Assembly (NCBI GenBank): GCA_963748315.1
Contig: CAVVIK010000003.1
Coordinates: forward strand, 4,996 to 68,995
Direction of reading: 5' to 3'
Length of the DNA: 64,000 nucleotides
From: an uncultured Thermoleophilaceae bacterium
GTDB lineage: Bacteria; Actinomycetota; Thermoleophilia; Solirubrobacterales; Thermoleophilaceae
In this document: in pieces, positions 10,797 to 19,126 of the stretch
Layout of the letters: every line of letters starts with the position of its first letter
How positions within the stretch are numbered: the stretch's first letter is position 1
The notes under the pieces: generated by a model
Told to the model about the DNA's origin: nothing
Databases searched by the model: none
Seen by the model: the letters and a program-made list of their open reading frames with translations, nothing else
Translations under genes and position numbers: made by a program

Positions 10797-12996
10797 ATGG
10801 CCGCGATCCGTCCAGGGGTACCGCGACCGGTCCCGCCGCGTCCGGCCGTCGCCGCCGCGCGCCCGGCGTACGGCCCGCGACCCAGGCCGACCTTCCCGTA
10901 CCTCAACCGCGAGCTGTCGTGGCTCGAGTTCAACGCGCGCGTCCTGCACGAGGCCCGCGACGAGCGCAACCCGCTGCTCGAGCGGGTCAAGTTCCTGGCG
11001 ATCTTCGCCGGCAACCTCGACGAGTTCTTCCAGGTCCGCGTCGCCGGCCTGCGCCAGCAGGTCGAGGCCGGCAAGGTCGCCCGCTCGCCCGACGGCCGGA
11101 CCGCCGACGAGCAGCTCGCCGCCGCCGCGAGCCCGCGTCCTCGAGCTCGTCGCCGAGCATCGGCGATCTTCGTCGACGTCCGGCGGACGCTCGCCGCCGA
11201 GGGCATCGAGCTCGTCGACTACGCCGCGATCCCCGAGCACCACGAGGCCCTCCGCCAGCGCTTCCTCGACGAGATCTTCCCGGTCCTGACGCCGCTCGCG
11301 GTCGATCCCGGGCACCCGTTCCCGTACATCTCGACGCTCAGCCTGTCGATCGCGGTCGGCCTGCGCGATCCGGAGACCGGCGAGCGCGGCTTCGCCCGGG
11401 TCAAGGTGCCCGCAGATCCTGCCGCGCCTGATCGAGGTCGAGCCGTCCCGCTTCGTCCTGCATCGACCAGGTCATCGAGGCCAACCTCGACGCGCTGTTC
11501 TCCGGCATGGAGGTCCTCGAGCACCACCTCTTCCGGGTCACCCGCAACGCCGACTTCGACGATCGAGGAGGACGAGGCCGACGACCTCCTCCTCGCGATC
11601 GAGGAGGAGCTCCGCCGGCGCCGGTTCGGCGAGGCGGTCCGGCTCGAGGTCGAGCGGTCGATGCCGGCCGGCGACGCGGACCCTGCTGCTGCGCGGGCTC
11701 GGCCTCGAGCCGAGGACGACTGCTACGAGGTCAGCGGGATGCTCGACCTGACCGGGCTGTGGGCGATCGCCGACCTCGACCGGCCCGACCTCAAGCTCCC
11801 GCCGTGGACGCCGGTCACGCCGCCACGCCTGATCCCGCCCGACGAGGACGAGCCCGCCGACGTGTTCGCCGCGATCCGCGCCGGCGACATCCTGGTCCAC
11901 CACCCGTACGAGTCGTTCGCGGCGTCGGTCGAGCGGTTCATCACCCAGGCCGCCGACGACCCGGACGTCCTGACGATCAAGCTGACGCTCTACCGGACGT
12001 CGGGCGACTCGCCGATCGTCCAGTCGCTCATCCGGGCCGCCGAGCGCGGCAAGCAGGTCGTCGTCCTGGTCGAGATCAAGGCCCGCTTCGACGAGGAGGC
12101 GAACATCGTCTGGGCGCGCAAGCTCGAGCGGGCCGGCGCCCACGTCGTCTACGGCCTGGTCGGGCTCAAGACCCACTCGAAGATGGCGCTCGTCGTCCGC
12201 CGCGAGGGATCCGGGCTGCGCCGCTACGTCCACATCGGGACCGGCAACTACAACCCCAAGACCGCCCGCCTGTACACCGACCTCGGGCTGCTGACCTGCC
12301 GCCCCGAGATCGGCGCCGACGTCACCGACCTGTTCAACGTCCTGACCGGGCTGTCGCGCCAGCGGACGTTCCGGCGGCTGCTCGTCGCGCCGCACAGCCT
12401 GCGCAGCGCGGTTCCTCGAGCTCGTCGATCGCGAGATCGGCGCACGCGCCGGCCGGGCGCGCCGGCGCGGATCGTGCTCAAGATCAACGCGATCGTCGAC
12501 GTCGCCGTCATCGAGGCGCTCTACCGCGCGTCGAGGCCGGCGTCGACATCGATCTCATCGTCCGCGGCGTCTGCTCGCTCCAGCCCGGGCGTGCCCGGCG
12601 TCTCGGAGCGGATCCGCGTCCGCTCGATCGTCGGCGAGTTCCTCGAGCACTCGCGGATCTGGGGCTTCGAGAACGGCGGCGACGCGCGAGTGGTACATCG
12701 GCTCGGCGGACCTGATGGACCGCAACCTCGACCGGCGCGTCGAGGCGTCGTGCCGGTCGAGGACCACGAGCGCAGGCGCGCCTGGCGGAGATCATCGAGT
12801 GCATGCTCGCCGACGACCGGCGCTCGTGGCAGCTCCAGCCGGATGCGTCCTGGGTCCGGACCGAGGAGATCAAGGGACGGCCGGGGACGATCGACACGTT
12901 CGAGATGCTCAAGGAGGACGCCCTCGCGCAGGGCAGGTCGCTCGCGCGCCGCACCGGCCCGGCGCCGGCGCCGGCTCGCTGGACCCGCGGGCATGA
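10797..12996 (+). pseudogene. ppk: polyphosphate kinase 1, multiple frame changes
   Basis: From ATG 10797 the frame reads FPYLNRELSWLEFNARVLHEARDERNPLLERVKFLAIFAGNLDEFFQVRVAGL. Further on are VLVEIKARFDEEANIVWARKLERAGAHVVYGLVGLKTHSKMALVVRREG and GTGNYNPKTARLYTDLGLLT. The C-terminal parts (EHSRIWGFENGG, MDRNLDRRVE, FEMLKEDALAQ) are in other frames. The proposed stop is at 12994-12996. Confidence 0.75.
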
Positions 12997-13370
12997 CCGA
13001 CACCGTCGAGCCGTGGCCGCGCCACCTCCCGTCGAGGTCGAGCTGAAGTATCGCGTGTCGTCGACCTGGCCGCCGCGGAGCGGTACCTGGCGGCCGACGG
13101 ATCGGCGCGTTCGAGCGGCACGACGGCGGCCGCGCGCGTCGCAGTTCGAGGACCGCTACGTCGACACCGCCGACGGCGCCATGGCCCGGGCCGGCTTCGC
13201 GGTCCGGCTCCGCCAGACGAGGAAGGGCACGACGTGTCACGGTCAAGTCGCTCGCCCAGACCGACGGACGCGGGCGGGCGATGCGTCGCGAGGAGCTCGA
13301 AGGTCCGGCCGACCCCAAGGGCGGACCCGGCGAGTGGCCGACCAGCGCGGCTCGAGCAATACGGCGATCA
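12993..13370 (+). pseudogene. CYTH domain protein, frame-broken and apparently truncated
   Basis: ATG 12993 overlaps the ppk stop as ATGA. VEVELKYRV and FEDRYVDTADGAMARAGFAVRLRQTRKGT are recognisable. Similarity fades at about 13,350. Confidence 0.4.
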
Positions 13371-13444
13371 GCCTCGGCGGCACCTGGTTCAGGTCTTCTC
13401 CGTCTACTTCGTTCAGTTGCGTCTTGCTGACCGATCCGAAGATC

Positions 13445-13819
13445 ATGGACCAGGCCTGGATCGGCAAGCAGGCGAAGTTGCCCGGGCCGCAGCTGCTTTC
13501 GCGCGCCGTCGGCGCGCGTGACCTGACGCTCGGAGCCGGCGGGCTGCAGGCGGCCGTCCGCAACGACGGCTCCGCGCGGCCGTGGCTCGCGGCAGCGGCC
13601 GTGTGCGACGCCGTCGACTTCGGCGCCACCTACACCGCGGGCCGCGGGATACCGCGCAGCGCTCGCACCACCGTGCTCGGGATCGCGGCGGTCGCCGCCG
13701 TGCTCTCGCTGATCGCGGCCGCAGGAACCGGGAAGCGGCGCCACGAAGAGCCGCTCGAGCCGGGTCACGACTTCAACGAGGTCGCCGCCGTCCCGAGCGA
13801 GCCTGTCGGGACCGCCTAG
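13445..13819 (+). CDS. hypothetical membrane protein
   Basis: An in-frame ATG at 13445 follows an AT-richer spacer. It reads MDQAWIGKQAKLPGPQLLSRAVGARDLTLGAGGLQAAV...TTVLGIAAVAAVLSLIAAAG, with a hydrophobic C-terminal half. Confidence 0.35.
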   Translation: MDQAWIGKQAKLPGPQLLSRAVGARDLTLGAGGLQAAVRNDGSARPWLAAAAVCDAVDFGATYTAGRGIPRSARTTVLGIAAVAAVLSLIAAAGTGKRRHEEPLEPGHDFNEVAAVPSEPVGTA

Positions 13820-14097
13820 CGCTTCTCGAGGGCGTGAACCTCGAAGATCTCCGGCTCGCCGGAGAACTCGACGCCCGCATCGGCCAGCGCGGGCATCAGG
13901 CGCTCGCCGAAGGCCTCGAACTGCTCGCGTGAGTCCCATATCTCGCTGACGCGTAGGTCGCCACTCTGGCCGAAGCAGACGTGGTAGTCCATGCCGTCGG
14001 GCGGGAACTCCACCCCCGCCTCCTCGAGCTTGCTGGTGGTCGAGTCGTACAGCTCGGCCGTGAGATTCGTCGGGCTGAAGCGGACGACGATGCTCAT
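13816..14097 (-). CDS. small ferredoxin-fold (ABM-like) hypothetical protein
   Basis: Clean 93-aa ORF: MSIVVRFSPTNLTAELYDSTTSKLEEAGVEFPPDGMDYHVCFGQSGDLRVSEIWDSREQFEAFGERLMPAL. The fold guess comes from the pattern only. Confidence 0.45.
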   Translation of the reverse strand: MSIVVRFSPTNLTAELYDSTTSKLEEAGVEFPPDGMDYHVCFGQSGDLRVSEIWDSREQFEAFGERLMPALADAGVEFSGEPEIFEVHALEKR

Positions 14098-14140
14098 GGC
14101 CAGTCCTTCCGTCGGGTGTCAGCCGACCCTACCTCGCCCG

Positions 14141-15757
14141 CTAGGCCGTGAGCGCGTGCGGCTGCGTTATCCGCGGCTTCGCGATCGACTCGGGCTCGGG
14201 CTCGTCGTCCGGCGCCGGCTTGTCCAGCAGCTGGTAGGCCAGGCGCGTCGCCAGCGCCATGATCGTGATCTGCGGGTTCACGCCGATCGAGCTGGGAATC
14301 ACGCTCGCGTCCGACACCCACACGTTCTCCATCTCGTGCAGGCGCAGATCGCCGGTGACGACGCCGTGATCCGGGCGCGCGTCGGCGCGCGCGGTGCCGA
14401 GCGGGTGGAACGCCATCAGGACGAGGTCCTGTGCGTTCAGCTCGGCACGGCGCAGCGGCTCGAGGTCGCCGCCGAGGATCTCGGGCACGCCGGCGACCGG
14501 CGGGTAGATCGCGCGCGCCCCCGCGGCGACGAACAGCTCGCACAGCCGCTCGATCCCCCGCGCGAAGGTGGCGGTGTCCTCGCGGTTCAGGTCGTAGCGG
14601 ATCTCGACACGCCCGGCGCGCTCGCGCACGTGGCCCCGTGAGAGGTCGGAGACCATCAGGCCGAACTGAGCGATGTTCCGGAACTGGAGCATCAGCTCGC
14701 GGTGCTTCTCGCCCGCGAACGGGAATGTCATCGCGGCGTAGTCCGGCGGCCCCGCGGCCCCCTCGAGCATGATCCCCTCGTCCGCGAACTCGTCGATGAA
14801 GTACGACTGCGGCACGCCGTTCGCCATGTCGATCTCCTCGTCGAACAGCGCGCGCACCGCCGTCGCGGGATGGATCGCGAGGTTGCGCCCGAGCTCGCCC
14901 GAGCGCCCGCCGAGGCCCTGCTTGGCGAGGAAGACCGGCGTGTGGATCGCCCCGCACGCGACGACGACGTGCGCGCACGTAACGCGCACTCGTCCGCCGC
15001 CCGCGGCGGTGGCGATCACCGCCTGCGCGCGGCGGCCGTCGTGCTCGATCCGCTCGGCGCGGCACTCGGTGAACGTCGTCGCCCCGGCGGCCCACGCTCT
15101 CGGCACGTAGCTCAAGCCCGACGTGCTGCTTGGCGGACGTCGGGCAGCCGAAGCCGCAGACGCCGGAGCCGACGCAGCCGCGCGCGTTGCGCCAGATGAA
15201 GTCGCCCCTCCACCCAATGCGTCCGCACCGCGCTTGGCGATCAGCGCGTTGCGGCCGGCGCGGTCCTCTGGCACCTGCACAACGTTCAGCTCTCGCTCGA
15301 CGCGGCGGAAGTAGGGATCGAGCTCGGCCAGGCCGTCGAGCCCGAACCGCTCGCCCCACATCTCGAGCACCGGCTCCGGCGTGCGGAAGCACGTGCCCGA
15401 ATTGATCATCGTCGTGCCGCCGATGCCCTTGCCGAGCGGCAGGATGATCGGCGTGTTGCCGACGGTCACGACCTGGCCGGCGTCGCGGTAGAGGATCGTC
15501 GACATCTCGCGCGGCCGGGCCGTGAAGTCGTCGGTCGTGAAGTGCCTGCCCTCCTCGAGCATCACGACGCTCATGCCGCCCTCTGCGAGCTCCTTCGCGA
15601 GCGGCGCGCCGCCGGCGCCGGTGCCGATCACGCACACGTCGCAATCGACCGAGCGGTCGTTCGGGATCCGCCCGCCGTCCTCCACCCGCGGCTCGACGGG
15701 TGGGTCCGGCGCGCCCCACTCGCGGTAGGCGTCGCCGGTCGTCGGGCGCACGCTCAC
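14141..15757 (-). CDS. GMC family FAD-dependent oxidoreductase
   Basis: The 538-aa ORF has the FAD Rossmann motif DVCVIGTGAGGAPLAKELAEGGMSVVMLEEG. Its C-terminal GMC motif is HPLGTARADARPDHGVVTGDLRLHEMENVWVSDASVIPSSIGVNPQITIMALA. GTG 15757 overlaps the upstream stop as GTGA. Confidence 0.85.
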   Translation of the reverse strand: MSVRPTTGDAYREWGAPDPPVEPRVEDGGRIPNDRSVDCDVCVIGTGAGGAPLAKELAEGGMSVVMLEEGRHFTTDDFTARPREMSTILYRDAGQVVTVGNTPIILPLGKGIGGTTMINSGTCFRTPEPVLEMWGERFGLDGLAELDPYFRRVERELNVVQVPEDRAGRNALIAKRGADALGGGATSSGATRAAASAPASAASAARRPPSSTSGLSYVPRAWAAGATTFTECRAERIEHDGRRAQAVIATAAGGGRVRVTCAHVVVACGAIHTPVFLAKQGLGGRSGELGRNLAIHPATAVRALFDEEIDMANGVPQSYFIDEFADEGIMLEGAAGPPDYAAMTFPFAGEKHRELMLQFRNIAQFGLMVSDLSRGHVRERAGRVEIRYDLNREDTATFARGIERLCELFVAAGARAIYPPVAGVPEILGGDLEPLRRAELNAQDLVLMAFHPLGTARADARPDHGVVTGDLRLHEMENVWVSDASVIPSSIGVNPQITIMALATRLAYQLLDKPAPDDEPEPESIAKPRITQPHALTA

Positions 15758-16191
15758 GGGCGCCCGTCCCGCTCGCGGACCGACCGGCCGCGCTCGACGT
15801 TCGCCTCGGCGTCGTAGCCGATCAGGAGCATCACCTGGTCGTCGCCGTAGTAGGCGAGCTGCCCGAAGCCCTGCATCAGCTTCCCGAGCTGGCGCAGCTG
15901 CGGGAGCCGGTTCTGCTCGATCGCGCGCAGGTACTCCGCGCGCCGCTTCGGCGTGAGACTGCGCATCCTCGCCCCGAAGCCGAGCAGGCGCGGCCCGGTC
16001 TCGAGTGCGTACAGGAGCGTGCGCAGCGCGACCCGGTTGGCGCGTGGCGCGCGGCCCATCATGCGGTCGAAGAACGCCACCGCGTCGGTGTCGCGCACGG
16101 GCGGCAACACCGGCTCGGGCGCGACCACCGTGTCGGCGAGACAGGCGAAAATCGAGGCCTCGCGCGGAGAGAGCACGGCCAGTTGGGCCAT
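15754..16191 (-). CDS. gluconate 2-dehydrogenase subunit 3-like small subunit
   Basis: This 145-aa ORF is translationally coupled to the GMC oxidoreductase. It reads LSPREASIFACLADTVVAP...QLAYYGDDQVMLLIGYD, typical of the small partner proteins of GMC dehydrogenases. Confidence 0.55.
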   Translation of the reverse strand: MAQLAVLSPREASIFACLADTVVAPEPVLPPVRDTDAVAFFDRMMGRAPRANRVALRTLLYALETGPRLLGFGARMRSLTPKRRAEYLRAIEQNRLPQLRQLGKLMQGFGQLAYYGDDQVMLLIGYDAEANVERGRSVRERDGRP

Positions 16192-16224
16192 GGCGGGACC
16201 CTACCTCTGATAGTCAGACAGGCC

Positions 16225-17349
16225 GTGCGCCGCCTGGTCCTGCTCGTCAGCGCGATCACCCTGCTCGACGTCGCCTTCTTCGCGGCGGTGGCGCCGCTGC
16301 TCCCGCACTACGTCGACGAGTTCGACCTCTCCAAGAGCGCCGCGGGGATCCTCACGGGTGCCTACGCCGCCGGCAACCTGGTCGCCGCGATTCCCGCCGG
16401 CTGGCTCGCCGGCCGCTGGGGAGTGAAGCCGACAACGATCGCGGGCCTGGCCGGCCTGGCTGTCTCGAGCCTCGTGTTCGGGCTCGCGCAGGACATCTGG
16501 CTCCTCGACGCCGCCCGCTTCACCCAGGGCCTTGCGAGCGCGTGCACCTGGGCCGCGGGCTTCGCGTGGGTCGTGGAACGCGCGCCGGCCGGACGGCGGG
16601 GTGAGGTGATCGGCACGCCGCTCGCCGCGGCGGTTGCCGGGACGCTCGTCGGACCTGTCCTCGGCACCGCCGCGGACGCGGCCGGGCCGGAGATCGTCTT
16701 CGCGGGCGTCGCGCTCGTCGCCGTCGCCCTGATCGTGCCGGCATCGCGCGAGCCGGCGCCGCCGGGCGAGCCGGCCGACATCCGGCGGGTCGTCGCGGCC
16801 ACGCGCATCCCGGCGGTCAGGCTCGGGTTCTGGCTCGTAGCGCTGCCCGCGCTCGCGGCGGGCGTCCTGAACGTCCTCGTCCCCCTGCGGATGGACGCGC
16901 TCGGTGCCGCCAGCGTCGCGATCGGCGGGACCTACCTCGTGGCGGCGACCCTCGAGACGATCGTCAACCCGCTCGTCGGCCGCTTCTCCGATCGCCGCGG
17001 CAGGCTCGTGCCGATACGCGCCGGGCTGCTCGCCGCGGCGGTGCTGCTCGTGTTGCTGCCGATCCCGGAGTCGGCCCCGGTCGTGGCTGTGCTCTTCGTG
17101 TGCACGGCGCTCACGACCGCCGCGTTCTGGACGCCGGCGATGGCGCTGCTCTCCGACGAGGTCGAGAGGGCGCGCGTGCACCAGGGATACGCGTTCGCGT
17201 TCACGAACATCGCGTGGTCGATCGGGCAGCTCGCGGGCAACGGCGGCGGCAGCGCGATCGCCCAGGCGACCGCGGACTGGGTCAGCTACGTCGCGGTCGC
17301 TGTTCTCTTCGCCGTCACGCTCGCGCGTCTGACGCGTCGGCCGGCGTAG
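16225..17349 (+). CDS. MFS transporter
   Basis: The hydrophobic multi-TM region from GTG 16225 reads VRRLVLLVSAITLLDVAFFAAVAPLLPHYVDEFDLSKSAAGILTGAYAAGNLVAAIPAGWLAGRWGVKP. The upstream part of ORF 15700-17349 is antisense to two real genes and is discounted. Confidence 0.7.
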   Translation: MRRLVLLVSAITLLDVAFFAAVAPLLPHYVDEFDLSKSAAGILTGAYAAGNLVAAIPAGWLAGRWGVKPTTIAGLAGLAVSSLVFGLAQDIWLLDAARFTQGLASACTWAAGFAWVVERAPAGRRGEVIGTPLAAAVAGTLVGPVLGTAADAAGPEIVFAGVALVAVALIVPASREPAPPGEPADIRRVVAATRIPAVRLGFWLVALPALAAGVLNVLVPLRMDALGAASVAIGGTYLVAATLETIVNPLVGRFSDRRGRLVPIRAGLLAAAVLLVLLPIPESAPVVAVLFVCTALTTAAFWTPAMALLSDEVERARVHQGYAFAFTNIAWSIGQLAGNGGGSAIAQATADWVSYVAVAVLFAVTLARLTRRPA

Positions 17350-19126
17350 TACGCGATCGCTGCGCCCACGAGCGTCAGCGCCACGCCGAGCCACGACGGG
17401 CCGGAGCTCCGCTCCGTCGCCGCCGGCTCATCTGCCGGTTCTAAGACAGGCGAGGCGTCGTCCTCCGAGATGCCCTGCGCCGGTGCCGGCCCGGGCACGT
17501 CCTTGTCAGCCGCTTTCGGCTTTTCCTTCGGTGGTTTCGCCGTTCCGCCCCCGTTGCCGGCACCACCGGACACGGGCGCCCCGCCACCGCCGCTCGAGTC
17601 GGTGGCCGCTCGCGTCCGCTGGCGCGGCACGGCTGCGAACGGCAGTGGCTTGCGCTTCAGGGCCATCAGCGCCTGCGCTGTCACCCACACCGGCGTCTGC
17701 GCGCTGACGCGCGAGTAGTCGACACTGCCGTCGCCGTTCTGCCGCGCGCGCAGGTAGCCGATCGGCGAGTTGCCGCTCTTGCGGAAGCGGCCGGGGTTGC
17801 GCTCAGCGGCGACGAGGCCCTGGACGGCGTAGGCGGTCGACTGCGAGTTCGAGCTGCGGCCCTCGAACTGCCCGAAGCCGCCGTCGCCGTTCTGCGCACG
17901 GCGCAGGTAGCCGACCGCGTCGTCGAGCGGGCCACCCCGCCCGGCCGTGGCCAGCGCCTGCATCGCTGCCCCCGTGTTGTCGACGTCCGACTGCGCGCTG
18001 GGCGACAGCCCGAACCCGCCGTCCTCATTCTGCTGCCGCGCGAGCCAGCGCGCCGGCTTGTTCGTGCCGGCGTCGGCGGCGCGCAGCGCGAGGATCCCGA
18101 ACGCCGTGTAGGAGATGAAGCCGGAGAACGAGCCGTCGGCGCGGCGATAACCGTTGAGACGCGCGACGAAGTCGCGTCCCGCGAAGTCGCGCGCGTTCAG
18201 CCCAGCCGCTTCGATCACGAGAATCGTTCGCTCGATCTCCCCCACGTCGCGGATCTGGCGCGCGCCGGAGCGGATGTAGTCGATCGCGCTGTGGCCGCGG
18301 CGCTCCACGTCGCGAGGATTGCGCCCGGCCGACGCGAGGCCGAGCGACGCCCATCCGGAGTACAGCGCGCCCGACGCTGTGCCCGGCGTGCTTCCGAACC
18401 CGCCGTCCTTGTTCTGCGCTTTCGCCATGTACGCGGCCGCGCGCTTGCTCGGGGACGCAGCGGATGCGCCGGCGGGCAGCGCGAGCATTAGGAGCACGGC
18501 GCCCGCGGCCACTGCGGCGGGCGCCCAGCGCACCTCGAAGCGGCGCCGGTAGCGCGACAAAGCGCGCAACAGCCCGGGCCCGATCAGCAGGCAGAAGACG
18601 ACGTTCCCGATCACGTGCGCGAGGTTGTACGGCAGCGAGCTGGCGCTCACGGCGATCCACGTGGCAAGGTCCTGCTCCGCGGCGAGCGTCCACTGGTAGG
18701 TGTCCATCACCGCGCCGAAGCCCGCGCCGGCGACCGCGCATGCGAGCGCGAGCGGCCAACGGCCGAGCTCGCGTCCGCGCGTCGCGCGTGCGAGCAGCGC
18801 GCCGCTGACGCCGACGCCGCCCCAGGCGACCATCTGCCACGGCGTCCACGGCCCGTGGCCCATGAAGATGTTCGAGACGACCGGGGTGATCGCGCCCACC
18901 GCGAACCCCGGCGCGCCGCCGAGCGCGTATCCCGACAGCAGGATGATGTCGGTGGTGGGCTTCACGTTCGGGAACGCCGCGAACGCGAGCCGCCCGACCA
19001 CGGCGAGGCCGGCCATCGCCGCGACGAGCGCGAGCACGCGCGCGCTCGGGCGCGAGCGCTCGTACCAGGCGAAGCCCGCGTCAGGACGACCGCGAGGATC
19101 GCGAATGACGCGAGCTGCCAGGTCAT
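17286..19126 (-). CDS. ECF transporter S-component fused to an extracytoplasmic prenyltransferase/squalene-cyclase-like alpha/alpha-toroid domain, with C-terminal TM anchor; apparent 1-nt frame break near 19,079
   Basis: ORF 17286-19037 has three parts. First is a ~170-aa polytopic S-component-like region (FPNVKPTTDIILLSGYALGGAPGFAVGAITPVVSNIFMGHGPWTPWQMVAWGGVG). Next is a domain with repeated QN.DGGFG-type motifs: AQNKDGGFG, RRADGSFSG, QQNEDGGFG, AQNGDGGFG and RQNGDGSVD. Last is a Gly/Pro/Lys linker and the TM WLGVALTLVGAAIAYYAG. ATG 19126 (MTWQLASFAILAVVLT) overlaps the EcfA stop as ATGA but sits in another frame. Confidence 0.7.

Noticed and set aside
8642-11431. 929-aa plus-strand ORF
   Set aside because: It is a mosaic. 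Most of it is antisense or off-frame to the P-type ATPase. It is in frame with real genes (YbjQ, part of ppk) only for short stretches. It exists only because the region lacks stops.
15700-16224. 175-codon N-terminal extension of the MFS transporter ORF
   Set aside because: The extension is antisense to the GMC oxidoreductase 5' end and to the whole small-subunit gene. Its composition is Arg/Ala/Pro-rich. The hydrophobic MFS core begins at GTG 16225.
19060-19100. Programmed ribosomal frameshift as the explanation for the operon frame breaks (also 22,950-22,965)
   Set aside because: There is no slippery heptamer (X XXY YYZ) or obvious downstream stimulatory structure at either site. Similar breaks are scattered through unrelated genes in the window.
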